Assembly (NCBI GenBank): GCA_005888515.1
Contig: VAZR01000042.1
Coordinates: forward strand, 1 to 29,025
DNA length: 29,025 nucleotides
Origin: Alphaproteobacteria bacterium
GTDB taxonomy: Bacteria; Pseudomonadota; Alphaproteobacteria; ATCC43930; CGMCC-115725
Direction of reading: 5' to 3'
The notes below the pieces were generated by a model. The model was not told the origin of the DNA and searched no databases. It saw only the letters and a list, made by a program, of their open reading frames with translations. The position numbers were made by a program, and so were the translations under genes. This document shows, in pieces, positions 17,550 through 26,303 of this stretch. Each line of letters begins with the position of its first letter. The first letter of the stretch is position 1.

Positions 17550-18554
17550 TCATTGGTCGAGCCAGGGCGGGGTCGGCAGGTTCTTCTCCTTGAGAAAAGC
17601 CGGGTTGAACAGCTTCGACTGATAGCGGGTGCCGGAATCGGCGAGGATCGTCACGATCGTCTTGCCCGGGCCCAATTCCTTCGCGAGACGGATCGCGCCG
17701 GCGATATTGATCCCGGTCGAGCCGCCGAGGATCAGCCCTTCCTCGGGCACCAGATCGAACAGGATAGGCAGCGCCTCCTGGTCCGGAATCCGGTATTGCC
17801 CGTCTGGCGCGAAGCCCTCGAGGTTGCCGGTCTCGCGATTGTTGCCGATGCCCTCGGTGATTGAATTGCCCTCCGGCTTGAATTCGTGGCGGGCATACCA
17901 GCTGTAGATCCCTGAGCCCATTGGGTCGGACAGGTAGATCTTGACCTCGGGGTTGCGCTGTTTCAGCGCGATGCCCACGCCGGACAGCGTCCCGCCGGTT
18001 CCGACCGAGCAGACAAAGCCGTCGACCTTGCCTTCGGTCTGCCGCCAGATCTCCGGGCCCGTGGTCTCGTAATGGCCGCGCCGGTTGGCGAGGTTGTCGA
18101 ACTGATTGGCCCAGATCGCGCCATTGGGCGCGGTGGCGGCGATCTCCTCCGCGAGCCGGCCGGAATATTTCGTGTAATGCATCGGGTTAGCGAGAGGTAC
18201 CGCGGGAACCAGCCGCAGATCCGCGCCGCAGAGCGTCAGCATGTCCTTTTTTTCCTGGCTCTGCGTCTCGGGCATCACGATGACGGTCTTATAGCCGCGG
18301 GCGTTGCCGACGAGCGCCAAGCCGATGCCGGTGTTGCCGGCGGTGCCCTCGACGATGACGCCGCCGGGTTTCAGCAGACCACGCTCCTCGGCATCCTTGA
18401 TGATGTAGAGCGCGGCGCGGTCCTTGACCGAGCCGCCCGGGTTCAGGAACTCGGCTTTGCCGAGAATTGTGCAGCCCGTCATCTCCGAGGCGCGGCGCAG
18501 CTTGATCAGCGGCGTGTTGCCGACCGTGCCGATAAATCCGTCGCGTGTGTCCAT
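17550..18554 (-). CDS. cysK: Cysteine synthase A
   Basis: GNTPLI, KAEFLNPGGSVKDR (PLP Lys), EGTAGNTGIG, NQFDN, SVGTGGT and TEGIG. Confidence 0.95.
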   Translation of the reverse strand: MDTRDGFIGTVGNTPLIKLRRASEMTGCTILGKAEFLNPGGSVKDRAALYIIKDAEERGLLKPGGVIVEGTAGNTGIGLALVGNARGYKTVIVMPETQSQEKKDMLTLCGADLRLVPAVPLANPMHYTKYSGRLAEEIAATAPNGAIWANQFDNLANRRGHYETTGPEIWRQTEGKVDGFVCSVGTGGTLSGVGIALKQRNPEVKIYLSDPMGSGIYSWYARHEFKPEGNSITEGIGNNRETGNLEGFAPDGQYRIPDQEALPILFDLVPEEGLILGGSTGINIAGAIRLAKELGPGKTIVTILADSGTRYQSKLFNPAFLKEKNLPTPPWLDQ

Positions 18555-18705
18555 GATTCGTCTCCGAACCGCGTGCGCCAACTCTCTTGATGCTCAGATA
18601 CTATCGGACCGAGAGCACCGCCGGGCAAGGGAGGCGAGGCGGCTTTTCCCGGCACCGACCTTGGCTTAGAACTCGGCTTGATGGGAAGCGAAGGACATTG
18701 ACGGG

Positions 18706-19905
18706 ATGACCGAGGCGCAGGCGAGCGAGCTGTTCCCGATGGCCGAGATGCCGGCCTCGAATTTCTTCCGTTCGACCGGGCTCTGGCCGTCGCAGCTGTT
18801 GCGCGCCGCGATCAACCAGGGCCATGAGATCCAGTCGGCGGTGCCGATCGGCGACGATCAGATCCAGCCGTCGAGCCTCGATCTGCGGCTTGGCGAAGTC
18901 GCCTACCGGGTGCGGGCGAGCTTTCTGCCGGGGCCGGCGGCCAGCGTGCATGACAAGCTCGAACGGTTGTCGATGCACCAGATCGACCTGACTCAGGGCG
19001 CGGTGCTTGAAAAGGATTGCGTCTATATCGTGCCTCTGCTCGAGCATCTCGCACTGAAAAAGCGCGTGTCGGCCCTCGCCAACCCGAAGAGCTCGATTGG
19101 GCGGCTTGATGTGTTCGCCCGCGTCATTACCGACCAGGGCACCGAGTTCGACCGCATCCGCGAAGGCTACCGCGGACCGCTTTACGCCGAGATCAGCCCG
19201 CGCTCGTTCAGCATTCTGGCGCGCACCGGCTCGCGGCTGGTGCAGTTGCGCATCCGGCGAGGATCGCCCTTGTTCCGCGACACCGCGCTGCGCCGGTTGC
19301 ATGCCGAGGTCGGGCTGGTCGAGACCCCGGCCGGCGGCATGCCGGCGCCGGAGACGATCCGCAACGGGCTGGCTTTCACCGTCGATGTGTCGGGCGAAGC
19401 GGCCGACGGGATCGCCGGCTGGAAGGCGCGGCGCCATACCGATGTCATCGATGTCGACAAGATCGGGCATTACGATCCCGCCGATTTCTGGGAGCCGGTG
19501 CATGTCCATCGCGGCCGCGGCGGGCCTGGCGGGGTTGTGCTAGACCCCTACGATTTCTACATCCTCGCCTCGCGCGAGGCGGTCGTCGTGCCGCCCGATT
19601 TCGCCGCCGAGATGCTGCCCTACCACACCTTCGTCGGCGAATTCCGGGTGCATTACGCCGGCTTCTTCGATCCCGGCTTCGGCTCGGTCGAGGCCGGCGG
19701 CAGCGGCAGCCGCGCCGTCCTCGAAGTGCGCGCGCATGAGGTGCCGTTCCTGGTCGAGCACGGCCAGGCGCTCGGCCGCCTGATGTACGAGCCGCTGATC
19801 GCCCGGCCCGACCGGCTCTATGGCGGCGCGATCGGTTCGTCCTATCAGCGTCAGGGCCTGGCGCTGTCGAAGCACTTCAAGCGATATCAGGCCAAAATCA
19901 GGTGA
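18706..19905 (+). CDS. dcd: dCTP deaminase, long alphaproteobacterial form
   Basis: IQPSSLDLRLG, ANPKSSIGRLDVFAR, EISPRSF, GEFRVHYAGFFDPGFG and YQRQGLALSKHF. Confidence 0.92.
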   Translation: MTEAQASELFPMAEMPASNFFRSTGLWPSQLLRAAINQGHEIQSAVPIGDDQIQPSSLDLRLGEVAYRVRASFLPGPAASVHDKLERLSMHQIDLTQGAVLEKDCVYIVPLLEHLALKKRVSALANPKSSIGRLDVFARVITDQGTEFDRIREGYRGPLYAEISPRSFSILARTGSRLVQLRIRRGSPLFRDTALRRLHAEVGLVETPAGGMPAPETIRNGLAFTVDVSGEAADGIAGWKARRHTDVIDVDKIGHYDPADFWEPVHVHRGRGGPGGVVLDPYDFYILASREAVVVPPDFAAEMLPYHTFVGEFRVHYAGFFDPGFGSVEAGGSGSRAVLEVRAHEVPFLVEHGQALGRLMYEPLIARPDRLYGGAIGSSYQRQGLALSKHFKRYQAKIR

Positions 19906-20022
19906 ATCGGCATTTGAGCGGCGTCCTGCGGGGATCGCATTGCAAGCTTTTGCCTCGGTCGCGTTTCACGGCGACTCAGATAAGAACAAAAACAGAACTA
20001 TTCAAGACGTGCGAAACGGTTT

Positions 20023-20661
20023 CTAGCCGCTGAGCCACTCGCGACGGAGGCAGTCGCGGTGGCGTAACAGCCAGTAGCAGCCGATCAGCGTGTGCCCCGT
20101 CTCGATCTGACCGGCTTCGACCATCGCCTCCAGCTCCGGCACCGTTTTGACGACGACGCGGATGTCTTCGTGCTCCTCGGGAAGGCCATGGATCCCGGCG
20201 GCGCCACATGAATCGACCCGGCCGCAGAACAGCATCACGGCTTCGTCGGAATCGCCGGGGGACGGCATATAGCGCTGGATCGGGATCAACTCGCCGATCG
20301 GCTCGATCCCCGCTTCCTCCCGGCTTTCGCGCCGCGCCACCGTCTCGTAGCTCTCATCCTTGTCGACCAGTCCGGCGACCGGTTCGATCTGCCACGGCGA
20401 GAGCCCGGCATAGAGGGCCGGCAGCCGAAACTGCTCGACTAGAACGACGCTGTCGCGATCGGGGTCGTAAAGCATGATCGCTACTGCGTCGCCGCGGCGC
20501 AGCACGTCATAGAACCGCTCGCCGCTCCACTCGCCGGAAAACAGGCGATGGCGAAAGCGCACGACATCGACGCGCAGAAATCGCGAGAACGGAGTGTCCG
20601 CGCCATCGATACGCGCATCGGGATGCGACGGCAGGGCGGTGGGGCCGCTTGAGGAACTCAT
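20023..20661 (-). CDS. nudF: NUDIX hydrolase, ADP-ribose pyrophosphatase-like
   Basis: Nudix box GLVDKDESYETVARRESREEAGI; VEQFRLP, SPG and HEDIRV. Confidence 0.88.
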   Translation of the reverse strand: MSSSSGPTALPSHPDARIDGADTPFSRFLRVDVVRFRHRLFSGEWSGERFYDVLRRGDAVAIMLYDPDRDSVVLVEQFRLPALYAGLSPWQIEPVAGLVDKDESYETVARRESREEAGIEPIGELIPIQRYMPSPGDSDEAVMLFCGRVDSCGAAGIHGLPEEHEDIRVVVKTVPELEAMVEAGQIETGHTLIGCYWLLRHRDCLRREWLSG

Positions 20662-20676
20662 AGAAGCTCCCGAAAA

Positions 20677-21015
20677 TCAGGTGAGGATCGGCCCATCGAG
20701 AACGGCGTCGGGCGAGGCGTTGTCGATCTCGATGACCCAGAGGTCCGGGTCGCGGCCGCGCTGGCGGGCGATATAGGAATCAGCTTCATCTTCCGGCACC
20801 GGCTCGGGGCCGGTCGCCCGCATCCATACCAGCGTGCCATCCGGCCGACGGGTCTGCGACAGCACGGCGCAGCCGGCATCGCGGCCGTTCAGCTTCAACA
20901 GCACCGCGCCGGCGTCATTGTCGCCGCGCGCCACCACGGCAACCCCGATCGCGGCGATATCGCAGCGGCGGATCAGCGCCTTGACCCAGATGCCGCTCTT
21001 GAGCCGCGCCTCCAT
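20677..21015 (-). CDS. DUF1491 family protein
   Basis: RLKSGIWVKALIRRC...RGDNDAGAVLLKL...RDPDLWVIEI signature. Confidence 0.88.
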   Translation of the reverse strand: MEARLKSGIWVKALIRRCDIAAIGVAVVARGDNDAGAVLLKLNGRDAGCAVLSQTRRPDGTLVWMRATGPEPVPEDEADSYIARQRGRDPDLWVIEIDNASPDAVLDGPILT

Positions 21016-21036
21016 GCGGTATTGCTCGGCTGCGCT

Positions 21037-21507
21037 TTAGGAGCGCGACAGCTCTTCGATGCCGGCGACATCGGCATCGCGATGGATCGCGATCAGCTTG
21101 CGGTCATCGAGCAGCACGTAGGTCGTGCCGCCCTCGCCGCAGCCGAGCTCGGCCACCGGATAATCGGGGCGCACCAGCAACAGGGTGAGCCGGCTGCGCA
21201 GATCAGGCTGCGCCGGCGCCAGCGCGATCAGCTCCTGACGGCTGCGGCGGGCGTAGGCAAAGCGGAACCGGCCGGAACAGGTTTCCGGGCTCAGCGCGGT
21301 CGATGGTCCGCCGGCCGGCTGCTGCACGACGGTATTGTCGCGGAACGAGATCTGGTGGCGCTCGGCGCCGTTCCAGGCGCCGGCGAACGGGCTCTGCGGC
21401 CCGGGCGCAGCGCAAGCCGCGGGCAGGGCCGCGACCAGGACCAGGACGACAAATCGGCAGCGCGGAAATGATCTCACGGCAGATCTCGGCAGTATCAAGC
21501 ATGCCAA
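21037..21507 (-). CDS. Hypothetical lipoprotein
   Basis: Hydrophobic stretch ending LPAA|C; small globular body. The start is ATG 21507 or GTG 21477. Confidence 0.65.
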   Translation of the reverse strand: MACLILPRSAVRSFPRCRFVVLVLVAALPAACAAPGPQSPFAGAWNGAERHQISFRDNTVVQQPAGGPSTALSPETCSGRFRFAYARRSRQELIALAPAQPDLRSRLTLLLVRPDYPVAELGCGEGGTTYVLLDDRKLIAIHRDADVAGIEELSRS

Positions 21508-21565
21508 GTATCACGATCTCGCGCAGACGAGCAAACCGGCTGGTTTGGGAAGCGAGTGGGACCGA

Positions 21566-23220
21566 TCACAGCCGCTCGAGCGCGCCGGTGAGCCAGAGCT
21601 GGCGGGCGAGGGCACGCTGGATCTTGCCGCTGGTCGTCTTCGGCAGCGCGCCCGGCCGCAGCAACGCGATCTCGTGGGGCACGATGTCGAGCTCGAGGAC
21701 GATGGCCTCGCGGATGCGACCGATCAGCTGCGCGGAAACGATACGGTGCCGCTCGGTGCGCTCGATCTCCTGTACGACGATCAGCTGCTCGCCTTTTGCC
21801 TCATCGAGAATCGTGAATGCCGCGCCTCCATGGCGGCGCAAGGCGGGGTGGCTGTCCTGAACGGTGTCCTCGATATCCTGCGGGTAGTGGTTGGCGCCGC
21901 GGATAATAATGACGTCCTTGATCCGGCCGGTGATGAACAGCTCTCCGGTGTCGTCGAAAAAGCCGAGATCTCCGGTCCGCAGCCATCTGCGATCCGCCTC
22001 GCCGGCGATACGGGCGCGGAAGATCACCTCGGTCGCTTCCGGATTTTGCCAATAGCCCTGCGCCACATTGGGTCCCGAAACCCAGATCTCCCCGACCCGG
22101 TTCTGGCAGAGCCGCACCGTCGTCTCGGGATCGACGATCGCGACTTCCTCGCCGACCAGCGTAGGGCGACAACCGACCGCGGGCTGCGCGTCAGCTTTCT
22201 CGCGCGGTGACACGGCTTCGTGGCGGCGGGCCACATCGTCTGCGGGTCGAAGCCGTACGAGCGAAAGGTCTCGGTGAAGCGCTCGATCGTCTGGGCCCGC
22301 ACCGGCTCGGCGCCTGCAGCCGCGAGCTTCCAACACGATAGATCGAGGCCGGCGAGTTGCTCGGGTCTATGCCGGTCGACACAGAGGTCGAAGCCGAAAT
22401 TGGGTCCGCCGGCCACCTGGGCGCGGTAATCGTGGATCGCCCGCAGCCACAGATAGGGACGCTGCAGGAATGCCATCGGCGAGATCAGCACGCATAGCGC
22501 GCCGACATAAAGCGCCTGCAGCGCGTTCAGGATCAGCCCCATGTCGTGATAGAGGGGCACCCAGCTAACATGGGTCGACGCACGCGTGTTGCCGCAGGCG
22601 ATCCGGATCATCTCGAGATTGGCGAGCAAATTGCCATGGCTGACCATCACCCCCTTGGGCGCCGAGGTCGATCCGGAGGTGTATTGCAGAAACGCGATGT
22701 CATTGCGCTGGGCCTGCGGCTGAGCGAGATCGGCTGCACCGATCGCGCCCGTCTGCGCGTCAACAGCAAGCCATTCGAGGTCGGCGTGTTGAAACCGGCC
22801 GACGAGATCGCCGCGCACGCCGGATAGAAGCTCGGCGGTAGTCAACGCCAGCCGAGGGGTGCAATCCGCCAGGATGTTGACGCTCGCATCACGCGCGCTT
22901 TGCCGACGCGGCACCATCAACGGCACGCCAATAATCCCGGCGTAGAGGCAGCCGAAGAACGCGACGAGACACTCGATACCCATCGGGAACAGCAGCAGCG
23001 CGCGTGAACCGGGAACAGCACGATCTGCAAGCCGACGAGCGAGCGCGACGGCGCGGCGGTCGAGTTCCGCGAAGGTGATCACGGCGTCTTCACGGCCGCG
23101 GTCCGACAGCGCGACATAGGCGCGGTCGTCCGGCTGGACCGCGGCGCGATGGCGGAGCAGCGCGCTCAGCGATGGCAGCGCAGCGACAACGGAGAGGTCG
23201 GGATCAGCCACCAGTGGCAT
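21566..23220 (-). pseudogene. Fatty acyl-AMP ligase, split by an apparent deletion/frameshift near 22225 (may be a sequence error)
   Basis: LQYTSGSTSAPKGVMVSHGNL, WVPLYHDMGL and AGAEPV lie in one frame. GEIWVSGPNVAQGYW, LRTGDLGF, GRIKDVII and KTTSGKIQR lie in another. The YGxAE motif is absent. Confidence 0.85.
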
Positions 23221-23482
23221 CCGCCACTCCGTCTTGGCCGTCGGCGATGAAATGCGCCAGCGCCGAGATGGTCGGATATTCGAATACCAGCTCCGGCCTC
23301 AGCTCGGTACCGAGCCATTCCTCGAGCTCGACAGTGAAATAGACCGATGTCGCCGAATCGAGCCCGAGCTCAGCAAAGCTCGCATCGGGCCCGATTGCAA
23401 TCGACGGGTTGTCGACCGTCTTCTTCAGATAGGCGATGCACCAGTCGCGAATATCCGATTCGGTGAGGTTGGCCGGCGGCAA
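23204..23482 (-). CDS. Acyl carrier protein (stand-alone)
   Basis: FAELGLDSAT phosphopantetheine Ser and LVFEYPTISALA; TTG start; overlaps the FAAL start by 17 nt. Confidence 0.88.
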   Translation of the reverse strand: MPPANLTESDIRDWCIAYLKKTVDNPSIAIGPDASFAELGLDSATSVYFTVELEEWLGTELRPELVFEYPTISALAHFIADGQDGVADATGG

Positions 23483-23692
23483 ACAATTCTCCTGACCAAG
23501 GACGCTCGGCGGCGGATGCGCGTTCGCTCGCGCGGCAGGTGGTGGAAACCAGGGATTGTGCCGCCAAGGACCGCGCGATACTGCTTATATTGCGCTGATG
23601 CCGCAGCGGACGCTACAGTCGAGCCGGAGCGGGGTCAAGTTACGGCCGCGCGCCGGAAGTTCACGGACCGAGCCGCTGGTTGGATTGCCGGA

Positions 23693-25540
23693 ATGGTGTC
23701 GATGATGGCCGATCTGGCCGGCGCGGCGGCCGCACAGCCCGGCCCCGCGGCCGAGCTGGGCGCGGCGGTGCGCGAGCGTTGGTCCTTGCTGGCGCGGCTC
23801 GAGAATGCGGCGATCGGGGTGCGTCAGGCGGACGGTTCGATGCGGGTCCGCCGCAACGACCCGGCTGGCTGCATCCTGTACGGTCCCTACCTGCATCTGC
23901 CGGTGGGCACGTATCGGCTGAGCTTCCGCTGCGAGGTTGGCACGGTGCGCATGGCGGCCCAGCCGGTGCTCGGGGTCGAGGTCATCGTGCTGAACCGGTT
24001 TCAGAGGGCCTGGCGCGATTTCACCGCCGCCGAGCTGCACTCGGGCGGCGCATCGCTGATCTTCGAGGTGCCGCCCGAACACAGCATCGACAGCGAAGAC
24101 GCCGGCCGGTTCGAATTTCGCTTTTTTCACTTCGCCAATGCCGCTCTGGCGATCACCGGGGTTGAGCTGGAGCGGGTCACAGACGAGGTCGCAGGTGTCG
24201 CCGCGCCGCGGCAATGGCGGATGCTCGGCCGCTTACAGAAAAGCTGGATCGGCTGGCGAGACCGCGATGGTGCCGTTTCCGTGCGCTACATGCCCATCGG
24301 ATGCCTGCTGTACGGCGGCTGGCCCTATCTGCGGTTGGCGCGCGGCCATTACCGGCTGAGCGTGCGGGCGGCTTGCGGCAAGCTGCGTGCCGCCCGCAAA
24401 CCGGTGCTGCGGATCGAGATTTTCGCATCCGGCCGATGGCGTAACACGAGCCTGCTGAAAACGCTGTCGCGCTTTCCCGAAGCGAGCGGTGTTCCGCAAG
24501 TACGGCGGGATTTCACCGCCGACGACATCGCGGTCGGCGCGGTGTCGGTCGATTTTGCGGTACCGACGGATCTCGCGCTCGAAACCGGCGCCGATGCGCC
24601 GTTCGAACTGCGTCTCCATCATTTCGGCAAGGCGGCATTGCGGATCGCATCCGTCGATCTGATCAAGCTCAGCGCCGACGAAGCGCCTGCGCCGGTCCTG
24701 CCGATGCCGGCGTTGCGCCCCTTGGGCCGCCGCCGGGTCGTCATCGTCGGCAATTGCCAGTCGGAAACGCTGCGTCAGGGCTTTGCGCGGCTCGAGGCAC
24801 TGAACCGGCGTTTCGAAGCCAAATATCATTTCGTGCAATTGCAGCAGAACCAGCGCGACTTCGTCGCCAGAGACCTCGAGCAATGCGACATCCTACTGGT
24901 TCAGGATGTGCGCCATTGGGACGCCTTTCCGCTGCGCGATTGCGTATCGCCGACGGCCGAGATCATCAAATTTCCGCTGGTGCGGTTTGCGTCGTTATGG
25001 CCGTTCGATGGCTGGAACGGCCCTAATGACCGCGCGGCGCACGATCAGGAAGCGCCGAACCTGACGTTTCCCTATCTCGATGGCCTGCTCGGGCGCCTGC
25101 GCAAGGAAATTCCGGACAAGGAAGCGCGGTTCCACGCTTATCGCACGCTCGAATGGCCGGGCATCGTCAATTATCGCCGGCTGCATCAACTGGAGGAACG
25201 CCGGCTGACCGCGACCGATAGGCAGTACGACATAACGATCGGCGATTTCATTCTGACCAATTTCCAAAGACGGCGGGTGTTCCACACGACAGTCCGGCCG
25301 AATTGGCAGGTGTTCAGCCTATTGATGCAATATGTCGCCAAATGCCTGTCGGTGACCGATCCGGTGTCATTGAACGAAGGCGTCGACGTCATGCTGCGCG
25401 AGCCGCAGGTTCCGGTTCACCCGAAGGTGGCGCGCGATCTTGGAGTCCGGTGGGCCGACGAGAGGACGCGCTATCTCGTGCACGGCCGCGAGGTGAGATG
25501 GCAGAATTACATCCGCAGCTACATCGAACATTACGGATAA
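23693..25540 (+). CDS. WcbI-like polysaccharide biosynthesis protein with two N-terminal beta-sandwich-like modules
   Basis: C-terminal VVIVGNCQ...FHTTVRPN...PVHPKVARDLG; twice-repeated GCxLYG(G/W)PYLxLxxGxYRLS module. The start is approximate (ATGs at 23693, 23702, 23705). Confidence 0.72.
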   Translation: MVSMMADLAGAAAAQPGPAAELGAAVRERWSLLARLENAAIGVRQADGSMRVRRNDPAGCILYGPYLHLPVGTYRLSFRCEVGTVRMAAQPVLGVEVIVLNRFQRAWRDFTAAELHSGGASLIFEVPPEHSIDSEDAGRFEFRFFHFANAALAITGVELERVTDEVAGVAAPRQWRMLGRLQKSWIGWRDRDGAVSVRYMPIGCLLYGGWPYLRLARGHYRLSVRAACGKLRAARKPVLRIEIFASGRWRNTSLLKTLSRFPEASGVPQVRRDFTADDIAVGAVSVDFAVPTDLALETGADAPFELRLHHFGKAALRIASVDLIKLSADEAPAPVLPMPALRPLGRRRVVIVGNCQSETLRQGFARLEALNRRFEAKYHFVQLQQNQRDFVARDLEQCDILLVQDVRHWDAFPLRDCVSPTAEIIKFPLVRFASLWPFDGWNGPNDRAAHDQEAPNLTFPYLDGLLGRLRKEIPDKEARFHAYRTLEWPGIVNYRRLHQLEERRLTATDRQYDITIGDFILTNFQRRRVFHTTVRPNWQVFSLLMQYVAKCLSVTDPVSLNEGVDVMLREPQVPVHPKVARDLGVRWADERTRYLVHGREVRWQNYIRSYIEHYG

Positions 25541-25544
25541 TACG

Positions 25545-26303
25545 GTGAACCTGCGCGATCGCATCGGCGTCGATATCGGCAGCAAATTGCCGCTCGAGGA
25601 GGCCGTCGAATGGGCGGCGCGGCATCGGGTGCGGTTCATCGATGTACAGCTCGATACCGGCGCCAACGCGCTCAGCACGATCGACGAGGCACGTGCCACG
25701 ACGGCGCGCGCCGCCTGCCACAAGCGCGATATACGCCTCGGCTTGCATACGGCCTCGGCCGTCAATGTCGCGGAATACGCGCCTCATGTCGGCGATGCCG
25801 TCGAGCGATATCTCAAGGCGTATGTCGATGCCGCGGTGAAGCTTGGTGCCGGCTGGATCGTCATGCATGCCGGGTTCCACTTCACCTCCGACAAGGAACA
25901 GCGGATGCTGGCCGGGCGCGAGCGGCTGCAGAGGGTCGCCGATTACGCCGAACGGAACGGCGCGCTGATCCTGCTCGAAAACCTGAACAAGGAACCGGAG
26001 CAGGCCGAGGTGCACTATCTCGCGCACACGGTCGAGGAATGGCGGTTTTATTTCGATGCGATCCTTGTCGAGGCGCTCGACATGGACCGGGTCGAGGAGG
26101 TGCGGCTCGCCGACTGCTTCCGCAACGGCCACGAGGTGCACCTGCCGCCGGGCAAGGGCAACCTCGATTTCGGCGACATGTTCCGCAGCATTGAAGGGAA
26201 CGGCTTTCGCGGCCACTACATGAACGCGTTCGGCTCGCTCGACGACATGCTCCAGGGGCGCGACGAACTCGTACGGATAGCCGCGACGGCCGGCATCGCG
26301 TAA
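25545..26303 (+). CDS. Sugar phosphate isomerase/epimerase (xylose-isomerase-like TIM barrel) with an apparent internal deletion
   Basis: LGLHT, VMHAG, LLENLN, EVRLAD and EVHLPPGKGNLDF; GTG start 4 nt after the upstream stop. Confidence 0.8.
   Translation: MNLRDRIGVDIGSKLPLEEAVEWAARHRVRFIDVQLDTGANALSTIDEARATTARAACHKRDIRLGLHTASAVNVAEYAPHVGDAVERYLKAYVDAAVKLGAGWIVMHAGFHFTSDKEQRMLAGRERLQRVADYAERNGALILLENLNKEPEQAEVHYLAHTVEEWRFYFDAILVEALDMDRVEEVRLADCFRNGHEVHLPPGKGNLDFGDMFRSIEGNGFRGHYMNAFGSLDDMLQGRDELVRIAATAGIA

Noticed and set aside
18555-18705. SAM-type riboswitch between cysK and dcd
   Set aside because: Only an imperfect CCGGG...CCCGG hairpin is visible, and I cannot see SAM-II or SAM-SAH consensus elements. 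An Rfam cmscan would settle it.
18601-19509. 302-aa minus-strand ORF
   Set aside because: It is antisense to the well-supported dcd gene and has no motifs.
19906-20022. A-rich stretch between dcd and the NUDIX gene as an sRNA or terminator
   Set aside because: There is no clear stem with a U-tract and no recognisable RNA motif.
23234-23692. 153-codon N-terminal extension of the WcbI-like ORF
   Set aside because: It overlaps the ACP gene on the opposite strand and has no domain-like content. Part of 23483-23692 could still be coding.
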